A stretch of 64,000 bases of DNA, from NCBI GenBank assembly GCA_964016885.1, contig OZ024740.1:112034001-112098000 (forward strand). The letters are read 5' to 3'. Each line of letters begins with the position of its first letter. Position 1 is the first letter of the stretch. This document shows positions 28,519 to 42,943 of this stretch, piece after piece. The notes below the pieces were generated by a model, which saw only the letters and a program-made list of their open reading frames with translations, ran no database searches and was not told the DNA's origin. Made by a program: the position numbers and the translations under genes. The stretch comes from Eledone cirrhosa. Lineage: Eukaryota.

Positions 28519-29062
28519 ACTATAATAATAGTCGATCACTATAAACAATAGTTGAGAAAATGCGGTAGAAAAAAAATGACACGCGCACACAGACACACAC
28601 ACACACACAGACACGCACACGCACATGTAGATGTATTAACCCTTTCGCCAACAATTATGTATCATTGTCATTACATTTCCTTAAAATTGATACTTATGTA
28701 TGTTTAAATGTATTTTTTGTTGGTTATGGAGGAAGGAGATAAAGCAGGAATGTTCCCGCTTCACTCACCAGCTAAAAATCAATATATTATCTATTTTAAC
28801 TACATTCACCACCACCCTTTATTTACTTCTTCAATCTCGCCTCCTCTTTCCCTTTATTCATGCAAACGGAACATAAATAAGAAAACAAAAGAGCTTCTAT
28901 GAGGTAGTTTTCTCTGCTAGAAATAGCCTCACTTCATACACTTGAAGAAAACGGTGGAACAAATTTCAAAATGTGGTTCTAGATTCACAATATCTGAACA
29001 TGTGGTGAGATATTCACAGCTCGAAAGACTTTGATCATAGGTCCGTCTGCTGGGTCGGAGCT

Positions 29063-29166
<104 letters not shown>

Positions 29167-29741
29167 GATAGATATATATATATATATGTGTCTGTGTGTG
29201 TATGTATATATATCCTTTATTTTCTCCCCATCTTAAGTGACAGTCTTATTTTATCGTTCATTAATCACAGCAATAACACTTACATAGTATCCCACCTCCC
29301 ACTTCCACTCGCTCTTTCACTCTCTTTCGTGTGTGTGTGGCTGTTGGTGTGTTAACACGTTTATATGTGTTAGTGTGTTCGTGAATGTTTGTATTAGTGT
29401 GTATATGTATGTCACAGTAACAACTGTGCCTCATATTTCATTAAACCATCTGCAAACGACAGCGTTTAAATATGTCATATTGTGTATGAAGATGATGATG
29501 AATGTAAGAATGTAGAGAAGTGGGAGACTAACTAATGGTGGTGGTGGTGGTGGTGGTGATGGTGGTATTCGTTGTTGGGAGGTGATGGTGTTAGTGGTGA
29601 AAGATGGCGATAGTGATGATGATAACGTAAGTGAAAGTTAAAAACAGTGGCTATCTTTTGTTCTGATTCCTGTTCCGAACCTATTTATATGTATGATCGA
29701 AAGTTGTGTGTGTGTGTGTGTATATATATCTATATATATAT

Positions 29742-29894
29742 ATTAGAAATTAGAAATTATAAGCTTTCACCGTATTTTAGACTAAAGAAATTTCTAGATG
29801 AGTGTTGCCGTACATGTACGGCAACACTCATCTTTTTCCATTTCTCCGAGGGTTATAAACCCCACTATCAGGCTAGAAATTTCTAATTTCTAAT
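29742..29894. repeat. Element with 17-bp inverted ends and an internal perfect 38-bp palindrome
   Basis: Ends ATTAGAAATTAGAAATT and AATTTCTAATTTCTAAT. Palindrome AGATGAGTGTTGCCGTACATGTACGGCAACACTCATCT at 29796-29833. Confidence 0.8.
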
Positions 29895-29951
29895 TTCAAA
29901 CTCGCGCACCGTTTCAAAAACATACTTACATGTTTGCGTTTATAATTTGCT

Positions 29952-30014
<63 letters not shown>

Positions 30015-30584
30015 AAAGATAGTGCCATACTATTTAATTCTTCATAATTCGGAGTTTTAAATAGAGGTTTATTGTAAAAATATTAATGAAGTAATGAATT
30101 ATGTGACTCTTTAAATACCCTTAGCAAAATTATAATAGGAGATATTTTCCGAAGTGACCACTTTTATTGAATATCTCTGATCTGATATTTAAATTGTCAG
30201 TGGATATATTGATGCTCATGAGTATGTATTCGCTTTATCATTTGTGGATAATCCATTGAACGTTTTTGCCATTTTATATAATTTACATGTTTCTAGGATT
30301 TTCCACTTTATATCAAATGCCTTATTGCCTTATTCCAATATCCAGGCATAATTTGATATTTTTGTTCGTTTCTTGTGTCTTTCACTTCAATCTGAGACTA
30401 ATATATAATAGAAAGACGTTTCTTTTAATTACACGTTACTGTGATTATATTCTAATTTAATTTTTTTAATGTAATTACAATGGAATGGATTGTGATGGAA
30501 ATGGCAGCTCTTGGTGTTTTTGTTTTTTGCTGTTATGAAAGAAAAAAAAACAATTCTTACTGCAATAAGCCAGTAACGCAGGAT

Positions 30585-30750
30585 ATTGAGCTAGCGGAAT
30601 TGCCCTCATTATGGCAATAAAGATTCTCTCGTGGAGCCAATTAATCTCCAGTGCCTCTGCAGTTGCTTTGGCTATTCTAACCCCGAGTTCAGAAATAATA
30701 TTCAAAGTTGAAGGGCTGTTAATGGCAGCTGTCTGTAACGCCACCGATTG
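30585..30750 (-). mobile_element. CRE-like (RLE) non-LTR retrotransposon C-terminal fragment
   Basis: VALQT..INSPSTLNIISELGVRIAKATAEALEINWLHERIFIAIMR resembles the CRE-clade C-terminus (ELGRRI..TGE..E..WL.QR.S.A.QRGNA). Confidence 0.6.
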
Positions 30751-30754
30751 AAAA

Positions 30755-30935
30755 AATAATTGTTTCTACTTTAGGCACAAGGCCAGCAATTACCCAGTAC
30801 ATTACTGGTACTTTATTTTATCGACCCCGTAAGGATGAAAGGCAAAGTCAACCTCGGTGTGATTTCAACTCAGATCGTAAAGGGACGTAACTATGCTGGA
30901 AAGCATGGCGTCCGACCCTCTACTGATACTGCCAA
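30755..30935 (-). mobile_element. SINE family A
   Basis: Matches the family A consensus. Confidence 0.92.
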
Positions 30936-31087
30936 GTTGTTATATTAGTCTTGCTTCATAATTTAGTTATAGGTCTTGAGGATGAATGATCAAAATAACT
31001 ATATTTTCATTTACTTTCCACCATAAAACATATTTAAGTTTCGTCAAGTAAAAGTGATTTTGCCTCATAAATAATTGCTTTCCGCGC

Positions 31088-31159
<72 letters not shown>

Positions 31160-31269
31160 CCTTTATTCTGTGGACTTTGGCCGTCTTGATAGGCATGAAT
31201 CGATCATATTGGCCCTAGTAGTTATTTTACGATCTCTCTTCACCGTAAAATAGTTTAGACCAGTATACG

Positions 31270-31345
<76 letters not shown>

Positions 31346-31430
31346 TACACACACAAAAAAACAAGCACACACGCACATGCACACACACACGCACACATGT
31401 ACACACGCACGCGCGCTGACATATACATAT

Positions 31431-31625
31431 GTCACTGGACAAATTTTAGGGCTAAAACTTACCAGCAGGAAACTCAGGGATAGACCCCTAGCAAGTTGGT
31501 TGGATGACATCTTTGAGCTTGGCTGGTCTCACTTTGGGGAAAAAGCTTGATCAATTTGTGACGGTTGCTTCTGACAGGACCCACTGTTTAAGGATTCTTC
31601 TTCTACGACCCACCCAGCAATAAAG
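31431..31625 (+). mobile_element. RTE-like LINE 3' fragment
   Basis: Encodes [32 protein letters not shown]. Same family as 10118-10342. Confidence 0.72.
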
Positions 31626-31651
31626 GGCCTAGACGAAGACACACAAACACA

Positions 31652-31712
<61 letters not shown>

Positions 31713-31718
<6 letters not shown>

Positions 31719-31948
31719 AGTATGTATACGTACATACATATATGTATACAGACGTACAGTATTATGTATATATATACATACATGCACACATATATATATA
31801 TGTACGTATGGATTGTTTACAAACAAGCATTATAATAAATGTTTGGTGAATCCATACGTACATATATATATGTGTGCATGTATGTATATATATACATACT
31901 ACTGTATGTCTGTATACATATATGTATGTACGTATACATACTTATATT
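31713..31948. repeat. Inverted duplication, about 100-bp arms with a 34-bp spacer
   Basis: 31713-31814 is the near-exact reverse complement of 31849-31948. Confidence 0.9.
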
Positions 31949-32001
31949 TAAGTAACAGCCGTACTAAGAGTGGGAAATGAAATTTCGTTTCATTTTTTTC
32001 C

Positions 32002-32050
<49 letters not shown>

Positions 32051-32057
<7 letters not shown>

Positions 32058-32246
32058 AAAAGAAATCGAAAATGCAACTGAAGTCTTTTTAAGAATATTT
32101 ACCAGGGCTTGTGGTTGCGAGAAAAACCACAAACCCTCCATCTCAATTCTACTTTTGAAAAGCATAAGAACTGTGAAACAGGTAAAGGAAACAAATAAAT
32201 ATTCTTAAAAGGACTCCAGTTGCATTTTCGATTTCTTTTCCTTATA
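32051..32246. mobile_element. Element with about 50-bp terminal inverted repeats (MITE or Penelope-like fold-back)
   Basis: TATAAGGAAAAGAAATCGAAAATGCAACTGAAGTCTTTTTAAGAATATTTA versus TAAATATTCTTAAAAGGACTCCAGTTGCATTTTCGATTTCTTTTCCTTATA. Confidence 0.75.
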
Positions 32247-32296
32247 CTTTATACTCGTGTAGGACATCTCGTTTTTTTCATTAAAAAAAGTCATTT

Positions 32297-32347
<51 letters not shown>

Positions 32348-32371
32348 TCTCACGCATGTGTGTGTGCGTGT

Positions 32372-32501
32372 GTACGATGTGCTACCGCACAGTTTCTTTC
32401 TACCACATTCCACTCAAATATTATTAGCTAACCTACGTCTATAGTAGAAGTCAATTGCCTAAAATATCGTATAGTGGGATCAAACCTGAAACCATGTAGT
32501 T
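32372..32501 (-). mobile_element. Old SINE family D fragment
   Basis: Minus strand has GGTTTGATCCCACT..GGCAATTGACTTCTACTATAG. Related to 62692-62845. Confidence 0.5.
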
Positions 32502-32981
32502 ATACATATATGATAGATGTGCTTCTAAGTACTCAGAACATATAAATCACCTCTGACCACTAATTTATATCAACTGCTGTTATGATTACCAATATCATAA
32601 AATTGAATATGAAATATAATATCGTCAAGTATGAAATTTGTAGACATTTGTTTTATTTTGCTACAAATTTTTACAAATTTCATACTTGACGAACCAATAG
32701 TTGAAGGAAAAAAAAAGCTCAGAGATACAGACAGAAATCAAATAACAGAATTATAATTTCTAGATTTGTTTTTATTTTATTATATTTTAAAGACTTGTTC
32801 TTTTCTGCGTTTACTCGTTTCAATCATTAGACTGTAGCCGATTTTGTTTCGTTAAAAAATGTTCTGAAGACGAAATGAAAACTTGCGTGAGATTCATGTA
32901 TTTCAAGCGAACTTTATTTTGAATTGAAAAATCCTCAGCGCTATTTTCTCGAAAGAAAAAAAATGATATCAAGACAAAAAT

Positions 32982-33037
<56 letters not shown>

Positions 33038-33323
33038 AAAAAAATAAAATAAAATCCGTAAAAAAAATATTTAAATGCAATTTTCAAAACATTGGATCGA
33101 CAAAAGTTTGTTTAAGTATACATTTTCGTTTTTCCACCACCAAAAGCTAGAATCTGGTTTATATAAAGACATTAAAAAGAAACATTTAAATTGTTAAAAT
33201 GGCGTAAAATCGTTTTTGTTTTATTTTTTTAACTTCCTTTTTCAATGTCATATCCGGCAAATTTCTAAATTTTTTAAAGCTAAATACATATATGGCTGTG
33301 CGCGGACATGCACACACACACAC

Positions 33324-33404
<81 letters not shown>

Positions 33405-33588
33405 ACATACACACGCGCACACCACATACACACACACACCACACCACACACACCACATACACAGACACACACACACACAATACGATATCGTGTCTAACAT
33501 AATCGAATTTATGTAACGGTTTAGAAAAATATACATATATATGTACGTGTGTGTGTGTATGTGTATACATACGTATACATATTTACAT

Positions 33589-33623
<35 letters not shown>

Positions 33624-33646
33624 TATATACATATAGAGAGAGATGT

Positions 33647-33693
<47 letters not shown>

Positions 33694-34647
33694 GTTTAAA
33701 CCGTTGTTTAAATTCGATAACCTTACATAGACATGGTGTCGTGTTTTTACTTTTGTTTTATTTTGTTGTTTTTATGAAAACTTTTAAAGCCAATTTGAGA
33801 TAATATATTTTTAAAAAATCAATATACATCCGGTTGTCGGTGGGAGAGCTCTTTAGAAATAGAGATAAATTCATGTTGAGATAAATTGATGAAACGGTTG
33901 TTCTTGTCTAGTTTGGCTCTAGGTCAGCCCTGATTGGGTTAAATCCATGATCAGAGTATGATCAGAGACATTCCAACCGTAACTATCCGTCTTTTTAAAG
34001 GCATACATAATTCAAAATAACAGTAGTATGTGTATGTATGTAGGTTGGTTTGCTGAAAAACTATAAGCTGACCAAGATACTATCATGGAATGACCTAATA
34101 TAGTTTATTTTTCAACATAGTCTCTGGAAAGTAACAATACAGTTATTAATTAGAAGAGTTGAAATGAATGCATGCAAGACTTCACAGCAGTAGCATCACT
34201 CCTTTACAATCAGCCTATGAAACTTTCGGCTATCCGTGAGGGAGGGATTATATCTGCACGTCATTTCCAGCAGATCGAGCGACCACGTAGAAGCTTTCTC
34301 ATTGGCACGTGAAGCAGTTTCAATTTCTGGTGTCAGCTATTTGACGGCTTATGTAACAAATGAAACATGTTCCACTCTAATTCTGATTTCGTCTATCCTG
34401 CTTATACATTATATGTATAAATTCTTGAGAGCGCTATCACATCGTTGTTCAGAATGTAAGTGTGTATGGACACATACAATATGTTCATATGTATTAACCA
34501 TATATATCGTCTCTATGTGAATATTTTAAGATGTGATCATATCACAGCTAGAAAAGTACTCGTGTAAGAGCGCTGTATATATATGTTTCAAGATTGTTAT
34601 CTCTCATCACTAGACGCTTACTTATTACAAAGGTACTGAGGTGACAA

Positions 34648-34840
34648 AAATAGTTGTTTTCTACTTTTGGCACAAGGCCAGCAATTATCCCAGTACATTA
34701 CTGGTACTTTATTGTATCGACCCCGTAAAGATGAAAGGCAAAGTTAACCTCGCGGGATTTGAACTCAGGTCGTAAAGGGCCGTAACTCTATGCTGCCAAG
34801 CATGGCGTCCCACCTTCTACCGATACTGCCAATCCCCCCA
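34648..34840 (-). mobile_element. SINE family A
   Basis: Matches the consensus through the A-box head. Confidence 0.92.
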
Positions 34841-35280
34841 ATATAATATCTTATAAATAGGTTTTGTAAAAAAAAATCTATGTGTGCTGAAAGCTTAATT
34901 ACAGACAGTGTAAGCACGATTTGATAATTAACGATATCACTAACACAGCGTGGTCCAGAATTAAGGCTTATATGAAATCATATAAAACATGTTTATGTAT
35001 AATAACCTTAGACAGTCTTGTGAGTATTTAAGCTATGATCATATCTCAGTGCCCGTGTAAGAGCGTTGTATACATGTACTTCAGGATGTTTTTCTATCAT
35101 CAGCAACATTTACTATCGACAGGAATTGAGGTATAGAAGACAATGTATACATTGAATGTATAATAATTTATATCGTGGTGGGCGTTCCTATTAACGTGTC
35201 TTAATTACTACGAAAGTCTTCATTCGAAAATCAAATATAACTTAATTAAATATTAAATGCATATATGCATACACATTCCC

Positions 35281-35531
35281 GCATGTACATACACGCATGC
35301 GCACACATACATACATGTACATACACGCATGCACACACATACATACATGTACATACACGCATGCGCACACATACATACATGTACATACACGCATGCACAC
35401 ACATACATACATGTACATACACGCATGCACACACATACATACATGTACATACACGCATGCACACACATACATACATGTACATACACGCATGCACACACAT
35501 ACATACATGTACATACACGCATGCACACACA
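35281..35531. repeat. 32-bp tandem repeat, about 8 copies
   Basis: Unit GCATGCACACACATACATACATGTACATACAC. Confidence 0.92.
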
Positions 35532-35795
35532 TAATACATGGATCAATTTCACATTTTTGCAATGTCGACATTATAGTTCTTTTCAATCAGATTCCTGATG
35601 GTCCTCTTCCCCGCCACCATTTCATTTCGTGTTGTTGTTGTTGTTCTTCTTCTTCTTCTTCTTCTTCTTCTTCTTTGCGCGTGAAAAATATGTTGCGTGT
35701 GTATTTAACAAACAAGCATGTTTTGTGTATGCATTATATATGTATATGTATACATACATATATATATTTATACATACATATATATATATGTATAC

Positions 35796-35829
<34 letters not shown>

Positions 35830-35840
35830 ATTTATACATA

Positions 35841-35911
<71 letters not shown>

Positions 35912-35930
35912 CAGGCACACGAACAGGCTT

Positions 35931-36045
<115 letters not shown>

Positions 36046-36306
36046 ATCTGTGTCTTCCACACCTACAACCACTTTTATGTGTACTCGTGAGTACATGCCG
36101 CTCACTTTAGCCTGGGACCCTGGGGCTAATGACAGGCTGTTAACGTCTGCCTGGTTCAAATGTTTGACAAGGAACAATCCAGAATGAGTTTATTTAACAT
36201 ATAAATCGTTTCGGATTAATATGGATTTATAAACGACGTTTACACACGACCACTTTGCTAAGCACCATATATTCACACAGGCACACAAAGATATATAAAT
36301 AAAAAA

Positions 36307-36380
<74 letters not shown>

Positions 36381-36629
36381 ATATGGTGCTTAGCAGAGTG
36401 TTCGTGTGTAAACGTCGAATATATATACTATGAGGATAAAGGAACAAGGATTCAGTGTTGCATCATAACATATTTGATAACATATTACATATGTTTCACT
36501 ATCGATCAGCTCGAGGAAAAGTCTATTATAGGTCGAACCTGACTCTGCAATTGAAAGATCGTCAGGTATGCTTGCTATATGATCTCGTCTCCGATTCTAT
36601 GTGTGAATATATATATATATATATATAAA

Positions 36630-37180
36630 GGGCAAGAGCAAGGTTGCTTATGAAATCCTCACAATGATAACAAAAATAAAGCAACACACCACCACTGCCA
36701 TTGAAAATAAAACTGGCTTGCTCCTCACAGACGAGCCCAAAGTCATCAAAAGATTGTCTGAGTATTGCGAAGGCCTCTATAACCACAAATTTAGACATGA
36801 CATCAACATCCTAGACAATTCCATGAAATAAGAACAATAGAATTGAGGATACTCCAATTCTCCAGGAGGAAGACGAAGAGGTGGTCCACATGTTTAAATA
36901 TAGTAAATCTCCTGGGGTCAATAGCATTCCATCAGAGCTCCTAAAACATGTAGTGCCCAACTTATCAAGGCGCTGACAATTTCCTGTCAGAGAATATGGG
37001 AAACAAAGTGGCCAAAGGAGTGGACCCAATCACTGATAATACCCATTACCTAAAAAGGAAACTTTAGAATCTGCCAGAACTACGCAACAAAGCCAAATTA
37101 GCTAAGTACTTTCAAGAGCTCTTCTAAACGGACTTAAGGCGAAAGACATAAGAAATCCTGGCCGAAGGAAAGGCAGCTTA
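36630..37180 (+). mobile_element. RTE/BovB-like LINE internal fragment (pre-RT and start of RT), decayed
   Basis: With frameshifts it reads EYCEGLYNH..PILQEEDEEVVHMFKYSKSPGVNSIPSELLK..CQRIWETKWPKEWTQSLIIPLPKKG. Confidence 0.85.
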
Positions 37181-37262
37181 TATATATATAATATACATAT
37201 ATGTAAATATGCACTTATATATACATATATGTATGTATACATATATATACATATATGTATGT

Positions 37263-37300
<38 letters not shown>

Positions 37301-37584
37301 ATATATTTATGGATATATACATATATATATGTATGTATGGATATATACACATATGTATGGATGTATGTATGTATGGATATATACATATATGTATGGATGT
37401 ATGTATGTATGGATATATACATGTATGGATGTATGTATATATGTATATGTACAGTATGTATTAATATGTATAGTTGTATGTATCTGCTTGTGTGTGAATT
37501 TTTTTAATTTTCGTTTTGAATGATCCATTTAGAAATGCATGTGGTTCGAATATCGCAGAGGGCTCTGCCACAGTTATTGTCATT

Positions 37585-37651
<67 letters not shown>

Positions 37652-37939
37652 AGTACACGTCAATTCTTTGTAATGTGTAGTGTATTGATAAATATGCATT
37701 TGTGTGTGTGCGTGTAGCGATTAGAAAATTGGCAGTACACACACACACACACGCACACACACACACACATATGCACACACACACGTCCACATATATTCAG
37801 TTTAAAACATTATATAACGTAAGGTGTGTGTGTGTGTGAGCCAGACTTGTATGTCAGTAGCACTGAATCAATAAAAGGGGCATTATACAGCCCTTACTGT
37901 AAACTAACCATGTTTGTAGGAAAACATTGTTAAACATAC

Positions 37940-38630
37940 ACACACACACTGTATACTCACCACACACACACACTGTATACTCACCACACACACACACTGT
38001 ATACTCACCACACACACACACTGTATACTCACCACACACACACACTGTATACTCACCACACACACTGTATACTCACCACACACACACACACTGTATACTC
38101 ACCACATACACACACTGTATACTCACCACACACACTGTATACTCACCACACACACTGTATACTCACCACACACACACACTGTATACTCACCACAAACACA
38201 CTGTATACTCACCACACACACTGTATACTCACCATACACACACACTGTATACTCACCACACACACTGTATACTCACCACACACACTGTATACTCACCACA
38301 CACACTGTATACTCACCACACACACTGTATACTCACCACATACACACACTGTATACTCACCACAAACACACTGTATACTCACCACACACACTGTATACTC
38401 ACCACACACACTGTATACTCACCATACACACACACTGTATACTCACCATACACACACTGTATACTCACCACACACACTGTATACTCACCACACACACTGT
38501 ATTCTCACCACACACACACTGTATACTCACCACACACACACTGTATACTCACCACACACACACTGTATACTCACCATACACACACTGTATACTCACCACA
38601 TACACACACTGTATACTCACCACACACACG
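37940..38630. repeat. Tandem repeat CTGTATACTCAC(CA)n, 20-26 bp units
   Basis: Read directly from the sequence. Confidence 0.95.
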
Positions 38631-38807
38631 CATACGCAATCTGTACTCACTATTCTGTCATACATACAATACACACAGGCACTCACTGGGGTCGTCACTA
38701 TATACTTACTGTCCACTCACACACACATACACACACACAGTATACTCACAAATACACTGCAAACGCGTTATACAATCACTGTTCATTCAAACACCTACAT
38801 TATAAGC

Positions 38808-39135
38808 GCACATACATGCACACTAAATAAACACACATACATGCACACTAAATAAACACACATACATGCACACTAAATAAACACACATACATGCACACTA
38901 AATAAACACACATACATGCACACTAAATAAACACACATACATGCACACTAAATAAACACACATACATGCACACTAAATAAACACAGATACATGCACACTA
39001 AATAAACACACATACATACACACTACATAAACACACATACATACACACTAAATAAACACACATACATACACACTAAATAAACACACATATATACACACTA
39101 AATAAACACACATACATACGCTCTACATAAACATA
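38808..39135. repeat. 25-bp tandem repeat
   Basis: Unit CACTAAATAAACACACATACATGCA. Confidence 0.93.
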
Positions 39136-39239
39136 CATTTACACTATATATAAACACATACATACACATAAATTGTATACGCATCAATATGATAAATGCA
39201 TTTACATATCTAGTCGTCTCAACGTAAATGATTAAATCA

Positions 39240-39424
39240 TTATTTCTACTTTTGGCACAAGGTCAGCAATCAACTCAGTACATTACTGGTACTTTATTTT
39301 ATCGACCCCGTAAGATTGAAAGGCAAAGTTAACATCGGTGGGATTTGAACTCAGACCATAAAGGGCCGTAACTCTTTGCTGCAAAGCATGGCGTCTGACA
39401 CTCTACCGATACCGCCAATCCACC
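39240..39424 (-). mobile_element. SINE family A
   Basis: Consensus match. Probable TSD GATTAAAT(C/A)AT. Confidence 0.9.
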
Positions 39425-39487
39425 GATTAAATAATGCTTCACAAATACAGGTAAAGCACCCTTGGAAATGGAGAGATTGTGGACACA

Positions 39488-39522
<35 letters not shown>

Positions 39523-39526
<4 letters not shown>

Positions 39527-39655
39527 TTAATATAGATGAGATTCTACAGGACTAGAACTGTTTCATTCATTTGAAATCATCAGGAATCTGATTCCTGATG
39601 ATTTCAAATGAATGAAACAGTTCTAGTCCTGTAGAATCTCATCTATATTAAAACT
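39523..39655. repeat. Perfect 66-bp-arm palindrome containing a hammerhead-ribozyme-like motif
   Basis: Arms 39523-39588 and 39590-39655 surround a single T. The right arm reads GATTC-CTGATGA-tttcaaatgaat-GAAA-CAG-ttctagtc-CTG-TA-GAATC. Confidence 0.9.
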
Positions 39656-39742
39656 GTTATACTCTGCTATGTATTGAGTACCTTACTTACTGTGGTTACC
39701 TCCGATTCAACCCGGAATAACGTATATATATATATATATATA

Positions 39743-39797
<55 letters not shown>

Positions 39798-40099
39798 TCA
39801 TCATAATGATGAATTTTATTGGTGACAAAAACGTCGATGACAGCGATGCCCATTATAGAGATGGTGGTGATGATGATGATGACGATGATGGTGGTGATGA
39901 TGATGATTAGGCTATTGATGGTGGTGGTGGTGGTGGTGGTGGTGGTAGAGATTGCGATGATGACGGTGGTTATAATGATAACGATGATTGTCGTGATGAT
40001 GATAGTGGTGGTGGTGGTAGTGGTGATGGCTGGAATGATAACGGTGATGAGTGGACGATGATGATGGTGAAGGCCTGTCGTTGTCACAACATCGGTCAT

Positions 40100-40131
<32 letters not shown>

Positions 40132-40519
40132 CAGCAGTAGCAAGCTGTGTGAAGACACAGTTGATGTGGTCGTGTTGGACTGGGGAGTAAGATCCGCCAC
40201 TTCCACCCCCTTTTTTCCCACCTTTCACCCTGCCCTACCTCCACCCTTCTATTGTTACTGCTGTCAGTTGGCTGCCGTCTTTTCAACAACACCACACCAC
40301 CACACCCAAACCAAATCCACCGCCAAATCCATATCGCGCTTCAATTCTTACCGAAAATATCCAACCCTTGTCACCACCACTCCCCGACACCACCACTACC
40401 CCGTCCCCACCACTACCATCGTCTCAGCCGTCTTTGACACCACCGCCATCGACATCTGCAGCTCCATTGCTAACCTAACAACACTTTTCACACCATCGCA
40501 AGCTCTGCCCACACCTATT

Positions 40520-41700
40520 TACCTATACCATTATAACCACCCTCACCATTATAACCACTTCAACCACCACCATTACAATCATAAACACCATGACCAATAC
40601 AGCCAATACCATTATAACCACTACCACCACTACAACCAATACCACCAACACCACCTTTACAACCACTACCACCAACACCACCACTACAACCAACATCACT
40701 ACCACTATCATTAAAACCAATACCACCAGCACCACCACTACAATCAATTTCACTACCAGCACCATTACAACCACTACCACCACTACTACCACCACCACTG
40801 CAACCGCTGCTACCACCAGCACCACCACTACAATCAATTTCACTACGACCACCATTACAACCACTACCACCACGACTGCAACCGCTGCTACCACCACCAC
40901 TGCAACCGCTGCTACAACCAGCACCACCACTACAATCAATTTCACTACCACCACCATTACCACCACCACCACTACTACCACCACCACTGCAACCGCTTCT
41001 ACCACCAGCACCACCACTACAATCACTACAACCCTACCACCTCCATCACTACAATTACTACCACCGTGACCAATACAACCACTTTCACTAACTTTAGCCA
41101 CAGTATAACCTCAAATCACCATTACTAACACCATCATAACCACCACCACCACTGCTGCCACTAACACAACTATCACCAACCCCAATACCACCGCCACCAT
41201 CACCAATACACTTGCCAGCATTATCACTATCACCATCTCAACCATCACCGTCACCAGCACCATTACCATCGTCGCCGTCAACATCACCACTATCAGCAGC
41301 GTTATCACCACCATCATCATTACCATTAACACCACCATCACCGCCATTAACATCACCACTACCACCACTGTCATCACCACCGCCACCATTAACGCCACCA
41401 TCGCCGCCTTCAACATCACCACTACCACCACTGTCATCACCACCGCCACCATTAACGCCACCATCGCCGCCTTCAACATCACCACTACCACCACTGTCAT
41501 CACCACCGCCACCATTAACGCCACCATCGCCGCCTTCCATTAACGCCACCATCGCCGCCTTCAACATCACCACTACCACCACTGTCATCACCACCACCAC
41601 CATTAACGCCACCATCGCCGCCTTCAACATCACCACTACCACCACTGTCATCACCACCGCCACCATTAACGCCACCATAATCGCCGCTACCACCACCATC
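40520..41700. repeat. ACC/ACT-rich trinucleotide-derived minisatellites, including a 60-bp unit at about 41330-41680
   Basis: Read directly from the sequence. Confidence 0.9.
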
Positions 41701-41852
41701 CTCCCTTAAACATGTCTCACTGCAAGTGACATATTTCACACCACCCCCTTCCCATCTTGACACCCCAACCCACGCACACTCCTTGGTTTCAATTTTTTTT
41801 TGTCGTGTTTCCCCTCTACATGTCCTTTCTAGCAAAAACGAGTGCGCGCGCG

Positions 41853-41936
<84 letters not shown>

Positions 41937-42093
41937 CCATTTCAGTTTCCCGGAATGAATGTATATACAAAATCATGTGTATATGGCATACATATGGAAA
42001 AAAATAATCACACACTATCGTGTACTAAATGCACACACATATTACATCAGTACAAGTATATCCACACATATACCTACACAGATGTGTGTACGT

Positions 42094-42943
42094 TGGATCC
42101 CAGGTGGTTGCGACGATGAGTGTTACAGTTCATACGACTATCAAATGACTCTGCTCGTGAAATTAACGTGTGCACTTAACATAGTTCTCAGGGAGATTCA
42201 ACGTGACACTGTGTGAAAGCTGATCCTTTGAATTCTATTTTTTACAGCTGAGTGGATTGGAACAACATGAAATAATGTGTCTTGCTTAAGGTCACAGTGG
42301 GCCAAACGCCTCGCTGACCCCTAATCCACGCGCCTTCACTACGTATATATATACTCCTATTAAAGCTGGTCCCCTTGAATTCCAGATAGAGCCCATCTTT
42401 TACAGCTGAGTGGATTGGAGCAACATGAAATAATGTGTCTTGTTTAAGGTCACAACGGGCCAACCGCCCCCTAACCTCTAAACCATGCACCTTCATTACG
42501 TATATATATATATATACACCTATATATACACACACTAACTTATAACTTCATAAATCCCTGAAACTGACTTGGCTCAAAGAAACGTATTAACTGTCTTGAA
42601 TTCTGCAAACCAGCTTGGATCCCCGTCGGTTCTGACAATGCATGTTCCCGTTGTTTAGTCAACAACCTTTTCATGAATTCATGTACGAGTGACTAAGCAT
42701 TCCTCACGCGTATGCACTCGTAACGTAGTTCCTAGGGAATTGCGGTGTGATACTGTTTCAGACATGGCTGACCCTTTAAATTACAGAATCAACTTATTTT
42801 TGAGTGGACTAGATCAACGTGAAATTAAGTGTCTTGTCCAAGAGCACAGCACAAGAGTTGGAATTGCACCCGGCCCAAGAATCGTTTCCACGAACTTATG
42901 ATCGTGGTTGAAACATCACTTACCACGAAGCCACGCAACTTCA
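42094..42943 (-). mobile_element. Cluster of three SINE family C copies or fragments (about 42094-42340, 42363-42495, 42616-42943)
   Basis: Shared CAGCTGAGTGGATTGGA.CAAC.TGAAAT..TGTGTCTTG and TAACGTAGTTC..AGGGA.ATT segments. Confidence 0.75.

Noticed and set aside
40523-41709. Mucin-like Thr-rich and Pro/Ser-rich ORFs
   Set aside because: These come from ACC-type repeats open in several frames, with a frameshifting unit near 41535 and no supporting splice signals.
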